From assembly GCA_031459915.1 (NCBI GenBank), contig JAVKHO010000004.1:96001-160000 (forward strand): DNA of 64,000 nucleotides, read 5' to 3'. How positions within the stretch are numbered: position 1 is the first letter of the stretch; each line of letters starts with the position of its first letter. The position numbers and the translations under genes were made by a program. This document shows positions 30,524-41,685 of this stretch, piece by piece. The notes beneath the pieces are model-generated. The model saw only the letters and a program-made list of their open reading frames with translations. It made no database searches and was not told the origin of the DNA. Source of the stretch: Candidatus Tepidifontimicrobium thermophilum. GTDB taxonomy: Bacteria > Sysuimicrobiota > Sysuimicrobiia > Sysuimicrobiales > Sysuimicrobiaceae.

Positions 30524-30919
30524 CTACCGGTCCAGCGTCCCCGTCTGATACGCCCGCAGCATCAGGGCCGCCACCGTGAGGGAGACCAGGGCCACCGCCC
30601 GGGCCTCCCGGCCTGCCGGGATCGACGCACGAAGGAAGCCGCCGGGCCGCAGGCCGAAAGCCGCTACACCCCCCGCCAGGGACAAAAGCCCGTAGACCAA
30701 GTGGAGACTGTCCGGCGGTCTAGAACCCGACACGTAAAGGGCGACGCCCGACAGGCCCTGGACCACCACCATCGCCGCCGCGGGCAGGTAGACGCCCCAC
30801 AGCCAGCCGGGCAGCCGCCGCCGGGCGAGGTCCAGCGCGAACGCCGCGAGGAACACCGCGGCGTGAATTGCTACCGCGGCCCACAGGAGGGTCCGGAAGG
30901 CGTGCACCGCTGAAGCCAC
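30524..30919 (-). CDS. Small four-TM membrane protein
   Basis: Four hydrophobic segments; HLVYG motif. Confidence 0.65.
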   Translation of the reverse strand: MASAVHAFRTLLWAAVAIHAAVFLAAFALDLARRRLPGWLWGVYLPAAAMVVVQGLSGVALYVSGSRPPDSLHLVYGLLSLAGGVAAFGLRPGGFLRASIPAGREARAVALVSLTVAALMLRAYQTGTLDR

Positions 30920-30954
30920 ACCGCGGAGTTCGGCGCCCGGCGCCCCACTCCTCC

Positions 30955-30992
30955 AGAAAAGACGCGGGGGAGGGCCTTGCGGCCCTCCCCCG
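30955..30992 (-). terminator. Rho-independent terminator of groESL
   Basis: 12-bp perfect stem CGGGGGAGGGCC/GGCCCTCCCCCG, GCAA loop on the minus strand, then TCTTTTCT. Confidence 0.85.
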
Positions 30993-31009
30993 GCTGTCCG
31001 CCGTGCGCA

Positions 31010-32930
<1,921 letters not shown>

Positions 32931-32972
32931 GGCGAGCCTCCCTCCTTGGCCGTGGAATTTGGGCGTGCGGGA

Positions 32973-32999
32973 TTAGCACTCGCACCAGGAGAGTGCTAA
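32973..32999 (-). promoter_or_regulatory. CIRCE element (HrcA operator)
   Basis: Perfect TTAGCACTC-N9-GAGTGCTAA. Confidence 0.97.
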
Positions 33000-33010
33000 T
33001 CCAAGCCCTA

Positions 33011-33039
33011 AGTGTAGGCGGGCGGCTGGGTCCCTGCAA
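33011..33039 (-). promoter_or_regulatory. Sigma70-type groESL promoter
   Basis: TTGCAG-N17-TACACT on the minus strand just upstream of CIRCE. Confidence 0.7.
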
Positions 33040-33047
33040 GCCCTCCC

Positions 33048-33092
33048 TTGACGCCGCAACAAGTCCGGGTATCGTATCAGTAGGTACTGATA
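33048..33092 (+). promoter_or_regulatory. Promoter and palindromic ArsR/SmtB operator
   Basis: TTGACG-N16-TATCGT, then TATCAGTA-GG-TACTGATA (33075-33092). Confidence 0.75.
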
Positions 33093-33107
33093 TGCTGAGG
33101 TGGTGTC

Positions 33108-33461
33108 ATGGCCGCTTTGATCCAGGCAAACCCCACTGCCCTAGCCCTCAAGGCCAAGCTGTTCCGGGGGTTCGCGGACCGGTCCCGCCTGGCCATCCTG
33201 GAGTCCCTACGGGAAGGGCCGCGGACCGTCGGGGAGATCGTCCAGGCCACCGGGCTGAGCCAGCCCAACGTGTCCAACCACCTGCAGTGCCTCTGGGACT
33301 GCGGCCTCGTACAGCGGGAGCGGGACGGCCGGTTCGTCCGCTACCGGCTGACTGACCCCCGGGTGGACGCCCTGCTGGGCCTGGCGGACCGGATCCTGGC
33401 GGAGGTGGCGCGCGGGGTGTACCAGTGCACCCGCTACGCGGAGCAGGAGGACGCCCCATGA
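33108..33461 (+). CDS. ArsR/SmtB-family metal-sensing repressor (CmtR/CadC-like)
   Basis: FRGFADRSRLAIL...SQPNVSNHLQCLWDCGLV; C-terminal Cys. Confidence 0.9.
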   Translation: MAALIQANPTALALKAKLFRGFADRSRLAILESLREGPRTVGEIVQATGLSQPNVSNHLQCLWDCGLVQRERDGRFVRYRLTDPRVDALLGLADRILAEVARGVYQCTRYAEQEDAP

Positions 33462-35521
33462 CGGAACCCTCCACAGCGGAGCTCTCCGTGCGCGGCATGG
33501 ACTGCGCGGACTGCGCGCGCCACGTGCAGCGGGCTCTGTCCGGGGTGCCGGGGGTGAAGGAGGTAGAGGTTCTGTTGGCCTCCGGTCTGGCCGTGGTGCG
33601 CTTCGACCCTTCCCGCACGGGGATCGGGCAGCTGCAGGAGGCCGTCCGCCGCGCGGGCTACGAGGTCGGCCCGGCCCGCCCCACCCCTTCACCGGCCTAC
33701 GGACGCTCTCTGATGCGGCTGCTGGGCGCGGTGTTCGGGGCAGTGCTGGTGCTGGTCGTCCTGGGAGAACGGGCCGGGCTCCTTCAAGCACTCACTCGGC
33801 GCGTTCCCACCGCGACATGGCTCGTGGTCGTCCTGGCGGGTGGATGGCCGGTGTTCCGCAACGTCCTCCGCGCGGCCCTGCGCGGCCAGGTGGTCGCCCA
33901 CACCCTCATGACCGTGGGGCTGGTGGCCGCGGCGGCGGTGGGGGAGTGGGCTGCTGCCGCGGTGGTGGTGTTCTTCATGCGGGTGGGCGAGTTCGTGGAA
34001 CGTTTCACCACGGAGCGGGCGCGGGAGGCGGTGGCGCACCTCGCGCGCCTGAGCCCCCAGACGGCCCGGGTGGAGCGGGACGGCGCAGAGGTGGTGGTCC
34101 CTGCGGACGCGGTGCAGACAGGGGAAGTGGTGGTGGTGCGGCCCGGCGAGGCGGTACCCGTGGACGGTCGGGTGGTTGAGGGGACCGCCACGGTGGACCA
34201 GGCGGCCATCACAGGAGAACCCATGCCCGTGGATGTGCACCCCGGCAGCGAGGTCTTCGCTGCCAGCGTGGTGCGGGCCGGCTACCTTCGCATTCGTGCC
34301 ACCGCCGTGGGGCCGCAGAGCACCTTCGGCCGCGTGGTCCGCATGGTCCAGGAAGCCGAGCGCGACCGGGGACCCGTGCAGTTGGCCGCGGACCGGTTCT
34401 CCAGCTGGTACCTGCCCGTAGTGGCAGGGGTGGCACTGCTGACGTTCCTCCTGCGGAAGGACCTCCTGGCCGCCGCCGCGGTGCTGGTGGTGGCCTGCTC
34501 GTGCTCCTTCGCCCTCGCCACCCCCGTGGCGGTGCTGGCCAGCGTGGGCGCCGCGGCCCGCAGGGGGGTGCTGGTGAAGGGAGGCCGCTACCTGGAGCTG
34601 CTGGCACGGGCGGACGTGGTGCTGGTGGACAAGACCGGCACCCTCACCGTGGGCCGGCCGGAGGTGGTGGACGTGGTGGCCCTGGACGGACGGCGGCCGG
34701 ACGAGGTCCTCGCCCTTGCAGCTTCCGCCGAATGGTACTCCGAGCACCCCCTCGGGGAGGCCGTCCGGCGCGCCGCGCAGGCCCGCCAGCTGGACGTGAT
34801 CCCTCCCGAAACGTTCGAGGCCCTGCCGGGGGTCGGAGTACGGGCCCGCGTCTCCGGTCGGCAGGTCACCGTGGGCAAGCCGGAGAGAACAGCGCCCGAC
34901 GGCCCAGCAGGTCAGCTCGAGCAGCAGGGCAGGACCGTGGTGCTGGTGACCGTGGACGGCCGGGCGGCAGGCCTTCTGGCCCTGGCCGACCGGCCGCGTC
35001 CGGGAGTGGCACAGTCCCTGCAGCAGCTGGCGGCCCTGGGAGTGAAACGTGTGGAACTCCTCACGGGGGACAGCGAGGCCGCCGCACGGGAGCTTGCGGA
35101 ACGGCTCGGCATCGCCTGGCGCGCGCGCCTGCTGCCGGAGGACAAGATCGAGGTGGTCCGCCGCTATCAGGAGGAGGGGCACGTGGTGGTCATGGTGGGG
35201 GATGGGGTCAACGACGCTCCAGCCCTCGCGCAGGCGCACGTGGGGGTGGCCATGGGCTCTGCGGGCACCGCGGTGGCCGCGGAGGCGGCCCACGTGGTCC
35301 TGCTGCGAGAGGACTGGTCCCTGGTCCCCCAGCTGTTTCGCCTGGCGCGCCGGTTCATGGGGACCGTGTGGCTGAACCTGCTGTTCACGGCCGCGTACAA
35401 CGTCGCGGGACTGTCCCTGGCCGCAGCGGGCGTGCTGTCCCCGCCCCTGGCGGCCGCGGCTCAGTCCCTGCCGGACGTGTTCATCCTGGGGAACTCGTCC
35501 CGGCTGCTGCGACGGATGTGA
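33458..35521 (+). CDS. Heavy-metal P1B-type ATPase with N-terminal HMA domain and CSC membrane motif
   Basis: GMDCADC, TGEP, ACSCSFALATP, DKTGTLT, SEHP, GDGVNDAPAL. Confidence 0.95.
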   Translation: MTEPSTAELSVRGMDCADCARHVQRALSGVPGVKEVEVLLASGLAVVRFDPSRTGIGQLQEAVRRAGYEVGPARPTPSPAYGRSLMRLLGAVFGAVLVLVVLGERAGLLQALTRRVPTATWLVVVLAGGWPVFRNVLRAALRGQVVAHTLMTVGLVAAAAVGEWAAAAVVVFFMRVGEFVERFTTERAREAVAHLARLSPQTARVERDGAEVVVPADAVQTGEVVVVRPGEAVPVDGRVVEGTATVDQAAITGEPMPVDVHPGSEVFAASVVRAGYLRIRATAVGPQSTFGRVVRMVQEAERDRGPVQLAADRFSSWYLPVVAGVALLTFLLRKDLLAAAAVLVVACSCSFALATPVAVLASVGAAARRGVLVKGGRYLELLARADVVLVDKTGTLTVGRPEVVDVVALDGRRPDEVLALAASAEWYSEHPLGEAVRRAAQARQLDVIPPETFEALPGVGVRARVSGRQVTVGKPERTAPDGPAGQLEQQGRTVVLVTVDGRAAGLLALADRPRPGVAQSLQQLAALGVKRVELLTGDSEAAARELAERLGIAWRARLLPEDKIEVVRRYQEEGHVVVMVGDGVNDAPALAQAHVGVAMGSAGTAVAAEAAHVVLLREDWSLVPQLFRLARRFMGTVWLNLLFTAAYNVAGLSLAAAGVLSPPLAAAAQSLPDVFILGNSSRLLRRM

Positions 35522-35544
35522 GGGGCCAACCCGGCCACGCCCCG

Positions 35545-36597
35545 CTACCGCGGCTCACCTGCGCCGTCTTGCCAGGGGAGATCGGCCCAGGCCCCCATTT
35601 CCAGGCCCGCCCGCTCACCGCGAGCCAGCCGGAACGCACCCGCGCACGCGATCATAGCCGCGTTGTCGGTGCACAGCCACGGCGGCGGCAACCACAGAGG
35701 GATTCCCAGGCGGTCCGCCTCCGAGGAAAGCCGCTCCCGCAGGGCCCGGTTGGCCGCCACCCCGCCGCCCAGGAGCAGGCAGGCCGGCCGCAGGTCCCGC
35801 GCAGCCCGTACGGTCCTGCGCACCAGGTGGGAGACCACCGCGTTCTGGAACGCCGCGGCCACATCCGCGACCTCCGGAGGCGGGCTCTGCTGCAGCGCCC
35901 GCAGGACCGCGGTCTTCAGCCCGCTGAAGCTGAAGTCGTACCCGTCCTCGGTCGCCAGCGGCACCGGCATGGGGACGCGTGAAGGGTCTCCCTCCTGGCT
36001 CAGCCGGTCGATCTCCGGTCCGCCCGGGTAGCCCAGGCCCATAGCCCGGGCCGCCTTATCGAAGGCCTCCCCCGCGGCGTCGTCCCGGGTTCGTCCGAGC
36101 ACCCGGTAGCGGCCGTACTCGGGGATCCACAACAGGTCGGTGTGCGCGCCGGACACCACCAGGGCCAGAGCAGGCGTGGGGAAAGGCCCGTGCACCAGCA
36201 CGTTGGCGTAGATGTGCCCCTCCAGGTGGTTCACGCCCACGAGGGGCTTGCCCGCGGCCAGGCTCAGGGCCTTGGCGAAGGCCACGCCCACGGCAAGTGC
36301 GCCCACCAAACCCGGCCCGCACGTTACCGCCACGCCACCCAGGTCTGCGACCTCCACCCCGGCGCGCTCCAGGGCCTCGTCCACCACCGCCACCAGACGC
36401 TCCACGTGGCGGCGCGCCGCCAGCTCGGGCACGACTCCGCCGTAGCGGTGGTGCAGGTCCACCTGCGAGGCCACCACGCTGGACCGCACTTGCGTCCCCT
36501 GGACCACCGCGGCCGCGGTCTCGTCGCAGGAGGTCTCGATCCCCAGAACCGGCTGCCCGTACACCGCAGGACGTTGCGCGTCTGCCCCCGACCTCAC
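35545..36597 (-). CDS. tsaD: tRNA N6-adenosine threonylcarbamoyltransferase
   Basis: LGIETSCDET, NHLEGH, DDAAGEAFDK, FSFSGLKT, CTDNAAMI; start 36597 or 36564. Confidence 0.96.
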   Translation of the reverse strand: MRSGADAQRPAVYGQPVLGIETSCDETAAAVVQGTQVRSSVVASQVDLHHRYGGVVPELAARRHVERLVAVVDEALERAGVEVADLGGVAVTCGPGLVGALAVGVAFAKALSLAAGKPLVGVNHLEGHIYANVLVHGPFPTPALALVVSGAHTDLLWIPEYGRYRVLGRTRDDAAGEAFDKAARAMGLGYPGGPEIDRLSQEGDPSRVPMPVPLATEDGYDFSFSGLKTAVLRALQQSPPPEVADVAAAFQNAVVSHLVRRTVRAARDLRPACLLLGGGVAANRALRERLSSEADRLGIPLWLPPPWLCTDNAAMIACAGAFRLARGERAGLEMGAWADLPWQDGAGEPR

Positions 36598-37106
36598 CGG
36601 GGCAGGGCCGCCTTCAGGGCCTCGAACTGCGACCGGAACGGCTCCTCCCAGATGTTCCCGGTCCACATGATGAGGGCGTCCTCTCCGTTGTCGCTGTAGT
36701 AGCGCGGCCGCACGTGGACCTCCCGGAAGCCGTACTTGCGGTACAGGGCCTGGGCCGCGTGGTTGGACCGCCGGACCTCCAGGGTCACCCACCGCGCCCC
36801 GCGCGCCCGGGCCTCCTCGATGAGGGCGACCAGCAACCGTTCCCCGACTTTCCGCCTCCGGTAGCGGGGCTCCACCGCGAGGGTGGTCACGTGGGCTTCC
36901 TCCAGGATCACCCACATGCCCGCGTAGCCCACCACCACTCCGTTCTGCCGCGCCACCAGGTAGCAGGCGCTGCGGTTCTCCTGCAGCTCCCGGCGGTAGG
37001 CGTCCCGCGGCCACGGGGTGGAAAAGCACTGGCGCTCGATCTCCAGGACCCGCGGGATGTCCTCCAGCCGCATGGGCTCGATCTGAACCGACGCCACCGC
37101 CTTCAT
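36594..37106 (-). CDS. rimI: Ribosomal protein alanine N-acetyltransferase
   Basis: LEVRRSN.AAQALY.KYGF....RPRYY.DNGEDA; lies between tsaB and tsaD. Confidence 0.92.
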   Translation of the reverse strand: MKAVASVQIEPMRLEDIPRVLEIERQCFSTPWPRDAYRRELQENRSACYLVARQNGVVVGYAGMWVILEEAHVTTLAVEPRYRRRKVGERLLVALIEEARARGARWVTLEVRRSNHAAQALYRKYGFREVHVRPRYYSDNGEDALIMWTGNIWEEPFRSQFEALKAALPR

Positions 37107-37795
37107 CCTGGCCCCACCTGCCGGAACGCGGGCGTGCGGCCATACCACGGCTGGATGTGTACCAGCGGCTGCGCCCGGCCTTCCATGAGACGCTGCCGGC
37201 CGAGCCAGGCCACCGAAGCCGCACGCGGGGTCCAGGACACCGCCTCCGCCAGGCGGCTGTCCGGCAGCGCCCGCGCGAACACCCCGGCCCACCGCGCCAG
37301 CCCGTCGCCGACCAGCACGCAGCCCCTCGCGGCGTCACCCGCCGCCCGGAACGCGTTCGCCACCTCCTCCGGCGGTGCCACCACCTCTTCCACCAGCCGG
37401 ACTAGCCCGCCGTCGCGCCGCTGGAACAGAGCTGCCGCCACCTCGCCGCGCCTGGCGTCCACCACCACTCCCACGGTGGGAGCCTCCACGGCCGCAGCGA
37501 CAGCTTCCAGGGTCGGAACCCCGCAGGCGGGCAGGTCCCGTGCCCGCGCCCACCCCACCGCGGTGGCGATCCCCACCCGCAGGCCTGTGAACGACCCCGG
37601 GCCCACGGACACCGCCACCCCCTCCACGACCTCTGGACCCCAGCCCGTGTCCTGCAGGAGGCCCCAGATGGCCGGGGCCAACCACTCCAGGGACCTTCCA
37701 GGCGCCCGCACGGTGCGCTCCGCCACGAGACCGGAACCGTCCACCAGGGCCACGCTGGCCGTGCCGGTGGCCGTCTCAACTCCCAACACCCGCAC
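37103..37795 (-). CDS. tsaB: t6A biosynthesis protein TsaB
   Basis: LGVETAT, GPGSFTGLRVG, DARRGEV. Confidence 0.94.
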   Translation of the reverse strand: MRVLGVETATGTASVALVDGSGLVAERTVRAPGRSLEWLAPAIWGLLQDTGWGPEVVEGVAVSVGPGSFTGLRVGIATAVGWARARDLPACGVPTLEAVAAAVEAPTVGVVVDARRGEVAAALFQRRDGGLVRLVEEVVAPPEEVANAFRAAGDAARGCVLVGDGLARWAGVFARALPDSRLAEAVSWTPRAASVAWLGRQRLMEGRAQPLVHIQPWYGRTPAFRQVGPG

Positions 37796-38285
37796 GCTCG
37801 GCCTCCGCCTCCCGTTCCCACAATCGGAGTAGCTGGCAGCTGGAATTCCCCGTGGCCCGCACGTCAAGACGGCGGACCCGGGAGCCGGTCCCGTGGATGT
37901 AAACCCACAGGCAGTCCGCAGGCATGCGGTCGGATGCGCGGTCGGCCCACTCCACCACCACCGCGGCCCCGGAGTCCAGCAGCTCGTCGAACCCGATGCC
38001 GTCCAGGTCTTCAGGCCCGATCCGGAACAGGTCCACGTGGTACAGGTACACCCTGCCGCGGTACTCCCGCACGAGGGTAAAGGTCGGACTGGCCACGTAG
38101 CCGGACACCCCCAGCCCGCGGGCCACGCCCTGCACGAAGGTGGTCTTTCCGGCGCCCAGCTCGCCCACCAAGGCGACCACGTCGCCCGGCCGCAGCACCT
38201 GTCCCAGGGCCTCGCCCAGCCCGCGGGTCCGGGCTTCGCTGGAGCTCGTCCACTCGCGGCCCGCGGCCGCCTCCGCGGCCTTCAT
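37776..38285 (-). CDS. tsaE: t6A biosynthesis ATPase TsaE
   Basis: GELGAGKTTF, SPTFTL, HVDLFR, VEWA. Confidence 0.94.
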   Translation of the reverse strand: MKAAEAAAGREWTSSSEARTRGLGEALGQVLRPGDVVALVGELGAGKTTFVQGVARGLGVSGYVASPTFTLVREYRGRVYLYHVDLFRIGPEDLDGIGFDELLDSGAAVVVEWADRASDRMPADCLWVYIHGTGSRVRRLDVRATGNSSCQLLRLWEREAEAERAGVGS

Positions 38286-39589
38286 CCCTCCCTGCGGACC
38301 CGCAGCCGCAGCCCTTCGACAGCCACCACCCGCACGCGCTCGCCCGCCCGTACCGGCTCGTCCGACTCCGCGGTCCAGTCCTCTCCCGCCACCAGGACCA
38401 GGCCCTGTCCGTCCAGGTCGGTCTTCGCCACGCCCACGCGCCCCACGAGCGCCTCCCGGCCCGACACGGGCCGCCTGCGCTGCGCGCGGATCCCCGCCCC
38501 CAGGGCGAAGAGGAAGAAGCCCCCGGTCATCAGCCCCAACGCCACCACTAGGGGCACCGAGGCCCGGAGGTACGGCTCCTGGTTGCTGGTGAGCAGAATA
38601 CCGCCGAGGATGAACGCCACGATGCCGCCCACCCCCAGCACGCCGAATCCGGGGACGAACAGCTCCGCCATGAGCAGGGCGATCCCTAGGGCCATGAGCG
38701 CCAGGCCCGCGTAGTTCACCTGCAGGATGGCGAACGACGCCAGCGCGAGGATCAGCGCGATGGCCCCCACCACACCCGGCACCACCGCTCCCGGGTTGTT
38801 CAGCTCGAACAGGATGCCGTAGATGGCCACCGTCATGAGGATCAGCCCCACGTTGGGCTCCGCCAGCAGGTCCAGGAAGCGCTCCCGGAGGTCCATGTCC
38901 AGGTCCACCACGCGGGCACCTCGGGTCCGCAGCACCTGGGCACCGCCCAGGACCTCGACCGTGCGCCCGTCCACGCGGGCCAGCAACTCGTGCACGTCCG
39001 CGGCCAACAGGTCCACCACGTCCATCCGCACCGCCTCCTCGCTGGGCAGCGCGGCCGCCTGACGCACCGCGCGCTCGCCCCACTCCGCGTTCCTCCCGCG
39101 TCGGCGGGCGAGGGTGCGGATCTTGGCCACCGCGTCCTCCGTGGCCTTGCGGATCATGGTCCTCTGGCTTTCCGTCTCCTGCTCTCCCCCGCCCACCGTT
39201 ACCGGAGTTGCCGCCCCCAGGTTGGTGGTGGGTGCCATGGCCGCCACGTGGGCTGCGTACACCACGAACACCCCCGCGGAGGCCGCACGGGCACCAGGAG
39301 GCGCCACGTACACGATCACCGGGACGGGCGAGGCCAGGATCGCCTTGGTGATGTCGTCCGTGGACTTCAACAGGCCCCCCGGTGTGTCGAGCTCCACCAC
39401 CAGAGCAACCGCGCCCGCGGCGTGCGCCTCCCGGATCCCGCGGCTGATGTACATGGCGGAGGCGGGGGAGATAACCCCCTCTACCCGGATCCGGTACACC
39501 ACGGGCCCCTGCGGGGCGGCCAGGCCCAGGCCGGACCCGAGGACGAGGAGCAGCAGGAGGAGCAGCCGGTAGACCACCAGGACCTCCAC
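38282..39589 (-). CDS. Long NfeD-family membrane serine protease (ClpP-like)
   Basis: LDTPGG, ARAASAG, GAATPV, TM domain, C-terminal OB fold GE.W.A.S. Confidence 0.9.
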   Translation of the reverse strand: MEVLVVYRLLLLLLLVLGSGLGLAAPQGPVVYRIRVEGVISPASAMYISRGIREAHAAGAVALVVELDTPGGLLKSTDDITKAILASPVPVIVYVAPPGARAASAGVFVVYAAHVAAMAPTTNLGAATPVTVGGGEQETESQRTMIRKATEDAVAKIRTLARRRGRNAEWGERAVRQAAALPSEEAVRMDVVDLLAADVHELLARVDGRTVEVLGGAQVLRTRGARVVDLDMDLRERFLDLLAEPNVGLILMTVAIYGILFELNNPGAVVPGVVGAIALILALASFAILQVNYAGLALMALGIALLMAELFVPGFGVLGVGGIVAFILGGILLTSNQEPYLRASVPLVVALGLMTGGFFLFALGAGIRAQRRRPVSGREALVGRVGVAKTDLDGQGLVLVAGEDWTAESDEPVRAGERVRVVAVEGLRLRVRREG

Positions 39590-39636
39590 CCCTACGGTAC
39601 CCTACCCGTGCGCTGCCGGGAAAGACACCGACGGCC

Positions 39637-41277
39637 CTAGCCCTCCCGCTGTTGGCGGTACAGGGCTTCCACCTCTTCCAGGGTGCTGGCCTCCCGGGGC
39701 GTTTTGTCGGCGCGCACCCGGACGATGCGGGGAAAGCGCAGCGCGTAGCCGGAGTCGTGCCGGTCGCTACGGGTCACGGCGTCGAACGCCACCTCCAGCA
39801 CCACCTTCGGCTCCACCGCCTTGAAATGCCCGAAGTCCCGCACCGTGTGGCGGAGGAAGAACTGCGTGAGCTCCGCTATTTCCGCGTCCTGCAGGCCTGA
39901 GTACGCCTTGCCCACCACCCGCAGGCGGTCGCCGTCCCAGACGGCGAAGGTGTAATCGCTGAGCCACCCCGCCCGTTTGCCGTGGCCGTACTCCGCACCC
40001 ACCACGACCACGTCCAGGGTTGCCAGCGGCTCCTTCCACTTCAGCCACAGCCCGCCCCGCCGCCCCGGCCGGTAGGGTGCGTCCAGGCGTTTCACCACCA
40101 GGCCCTCGTTGCCACGTTCCCGGGCGTCGCGGAAGGCCTCCCATAAGGAGGCCACGTCCCGCACCGGTCGGGCGCTCGCCAGGCGGACCGGTCCGGAGAA
40201 CTCCATGGCCTGGAGGCGCTGGCGGCGTTCGGCCAGGGGCAAATCCATCAGATCCTGCTCCCCGAGCTTCAGCACGTCGAAGAGGAAGAGGGCCACGGGG
40301 ACCTGCTCCGCCACCTGGAAAGGATCCAGCCGGCGCAGGCGCTGCTGCAACCGTTGGAAGGGCGCCGGCCGCTGCCCGGCCCACGCCACCAGCTCGCCGT
40401 CCGCGATGTACGCGGGACCCAGTTGCAGCAGGGGCTGTCGGAGCTCTGGGAAGCTGTCCGTCACGTCGTCCAGGGTGCGCGAGTACAGAGTCACCCGGTC
40501 GCCCAGGCGGTGCACCTGCACGCGTACCCCGTCGTACTTGTCCTCCGCCAGCACCTCCTGTGGGCCGTCGTGGAAGGGCTCCGCGGGGTCCGCGAGGGTG
40601 CCAGCCAGCATGAAGCGGAACGGGCGGAAGTAACGGAGGGAGGCGGCCGCCAGCTCGCCCCGCCGTGCCTGACACGCCACCTCTCCCAGGTCGGAGGACA
40701 GCAGGTCCGCGCGGCGTACCGCTCCCGGCCGAGCGCCGAAGGCCTCGGCCACCGCCTCCTGCAGCAACCCTTCCTTGAGCCCGATCCGCAGGTCACCGGT
40801 GAGCACCCGGACCAGGAACTTGGCCTCCATAGGCTGCGCTTGCTCCAGCAGCGCCCGCAGGACCGCGGCCCGGAACTCTGCGGCTCCCTTCCCGCGCGCG
40901 GCCGCCGCGCGCCGCAGCTGCGCGTGGGCCCCCTCAAGGGTCAGGGGCTCGCGGAAGAGGGGTACCGCGCGGCGCCGGGCCACCAGCTCCGCGGCCACGT
41001 CTCCCAGGTCCCCCCACCGCAGGTACAGCTCCGAGACCTCCCGGTCGGTAGCCCCGGACAGCTCCTTCAGCACCTCCACGATGGTGGACCAGCCGATCTG
41101 CAGTTTGTCGGGATCTCCGGGTGGCAGCACGCGACCGGTCAGGTACGTGCACGCGACCCGCAACGCCTCTTCCGGGAGCCGGCGCAGGTAGGCCGCCAGC
41201 AGGGTGACCTTCTCGCGTTTCGACGGCGTACGGGACACCGCGTCCAGGGTGGCCGCGAACTCCGCCCAGCGCGCCAA
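39637..41277 (-). CDS. ATP-dependent DNA ligase
   Basis: EDKYDGVRVQ motif I, EGLVVK, WLKWK, LRFPR..RVR.DK; GGAGGT RBS before TTG 41277. Confidence 0.93.
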   Translation of the reverse strand: MARWAEFAATLDAVSRTPSKREKVTLLAAYLRRLPEEALRVACTYLTGRVLPPGDPDKLQIGWSTIVEVLKELSGATDREVSELYLRWGDLGDVAAELVARRRAVPLFREPLTLEGAHAQLRRAAAARGKGAAEFRAAVLRALLEQAQPMEAKFLVRVLTGDLRIGLKEGLLQEAVAEAFGARPGAVRRADLLSSDLGEVACQARRGELAAASLRYFRPFRFMLAGTLADPAEPFHDGPQEVLAEDKYDGVRVQVHRLGDRVTLYSRTLDDVTDSFPELRQPLLQLGPAYIADGELVAWAGQRPAPFQRLQQRLRRLDPFQVAEQVPVALFLFDVLKLGEQDLMDLPLAERRQRLQAMEFSGPVRLASARPVRDVASLWEAFRDARERGNEGLVVKRLDAPYRPGRRGGLWLKWKEPLATLDVVVVGAEYGHGKRAGWLSDYTFAVWDGDRLRVVGKAYSGLQDAEIAELTQFFLRHTVRDFGHFKAVEPKVVLEVAFDAVTRSDRHDSGYALRFPRIVRVRADKTPREASTLEEVEALYRQQREG

Positions 41278-41364
41278 CGCCCACCTCCTGCGGCGCCTCC
41301 AGACTAGACGGACCGTCCCGCGGATGCAACGCAGTCCTTTGTGGAATTTCGCCCGGTCGGGGGA

Positions 41365-41393
41365 TTGACAGCCCGGTTGGCCGGCGCTATTGT
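41365..41393 (+). promoter_or_regulatory. Sigma70-type promoter driving the riboswitch transcript
   Basis: TTGACA-N17-TATTGT. Confidence 0.8.
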
Positions 41394-41415
41394 GCCGGTA
41401 CAAAACTGAACCGCG

Positions 41416-41507
41416 CACCGTTCGAAAGGGCAAACCCGCGGTAACGCGGGGACGCAAAGCCAACGGGGCCTGCGAGGAGCAGGTCGGCCGGGTTGCCGAA
41501 AACGGTG
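41416..41507 (+). ncRNA. c-di-GMP-I (GEMM) riboswitch aptamer
   Basis: GGGCAAAC-CCGCG-GTAA-CGCGG-GGACGCAAAGCC...GCCGGGTTGCCGAA core closed by a CACCGTT/AACGGTG stem. Confidence 0.9.
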
Positions 41508-41519
41508 GTTTCGTTTTTG

Positions 41520-41557
41520 GGCCCGTTCGCGCGGTGCGCACGGGCCTTCTGTTTGTT
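41520..41557 (+). terminator. Putative intrinsic terminator (riboswitch expression platform)
   Basis: GGCCCGT...ACGGGCC stem followed by TTCTGTTTGTT. Confidence 0.65.
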
Positions 41558-41567
41558 CTGCAGAGGG

Positions 41568-41636
41568 CACCGGGCAGGAAGCGCGCGCGTGCGGACCCTA
41601 CCCCCCGAGGTCCGCGCGGCGCGCTTCCACCCGGTG
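41568..41636 (+). ncRNA. Long imperfect hairpin with C-rich loop (candidate sRNA element)
   Basis: CACCGGG/CCCGGTG, GGAAGCGCGC/GCGCGCTTCC, CGTGCGGACC/GGTCCGCGCG; loop CTACCCCCCGA. Confidence 0.5.
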
Positions 41637-41685
41637 TGTGTCCGTCGGTATCGTCCGAGCCTACAACGCGGACTCTCCTCGCGGG

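Noticed and set aside
12687..30950. Integrative element or prophage at tRNA-Ile
   Set aside because: No integrase, transposase or phage gene, and I saw no duplicated tRNA 3' end; horizontal origin is possible but unsupported
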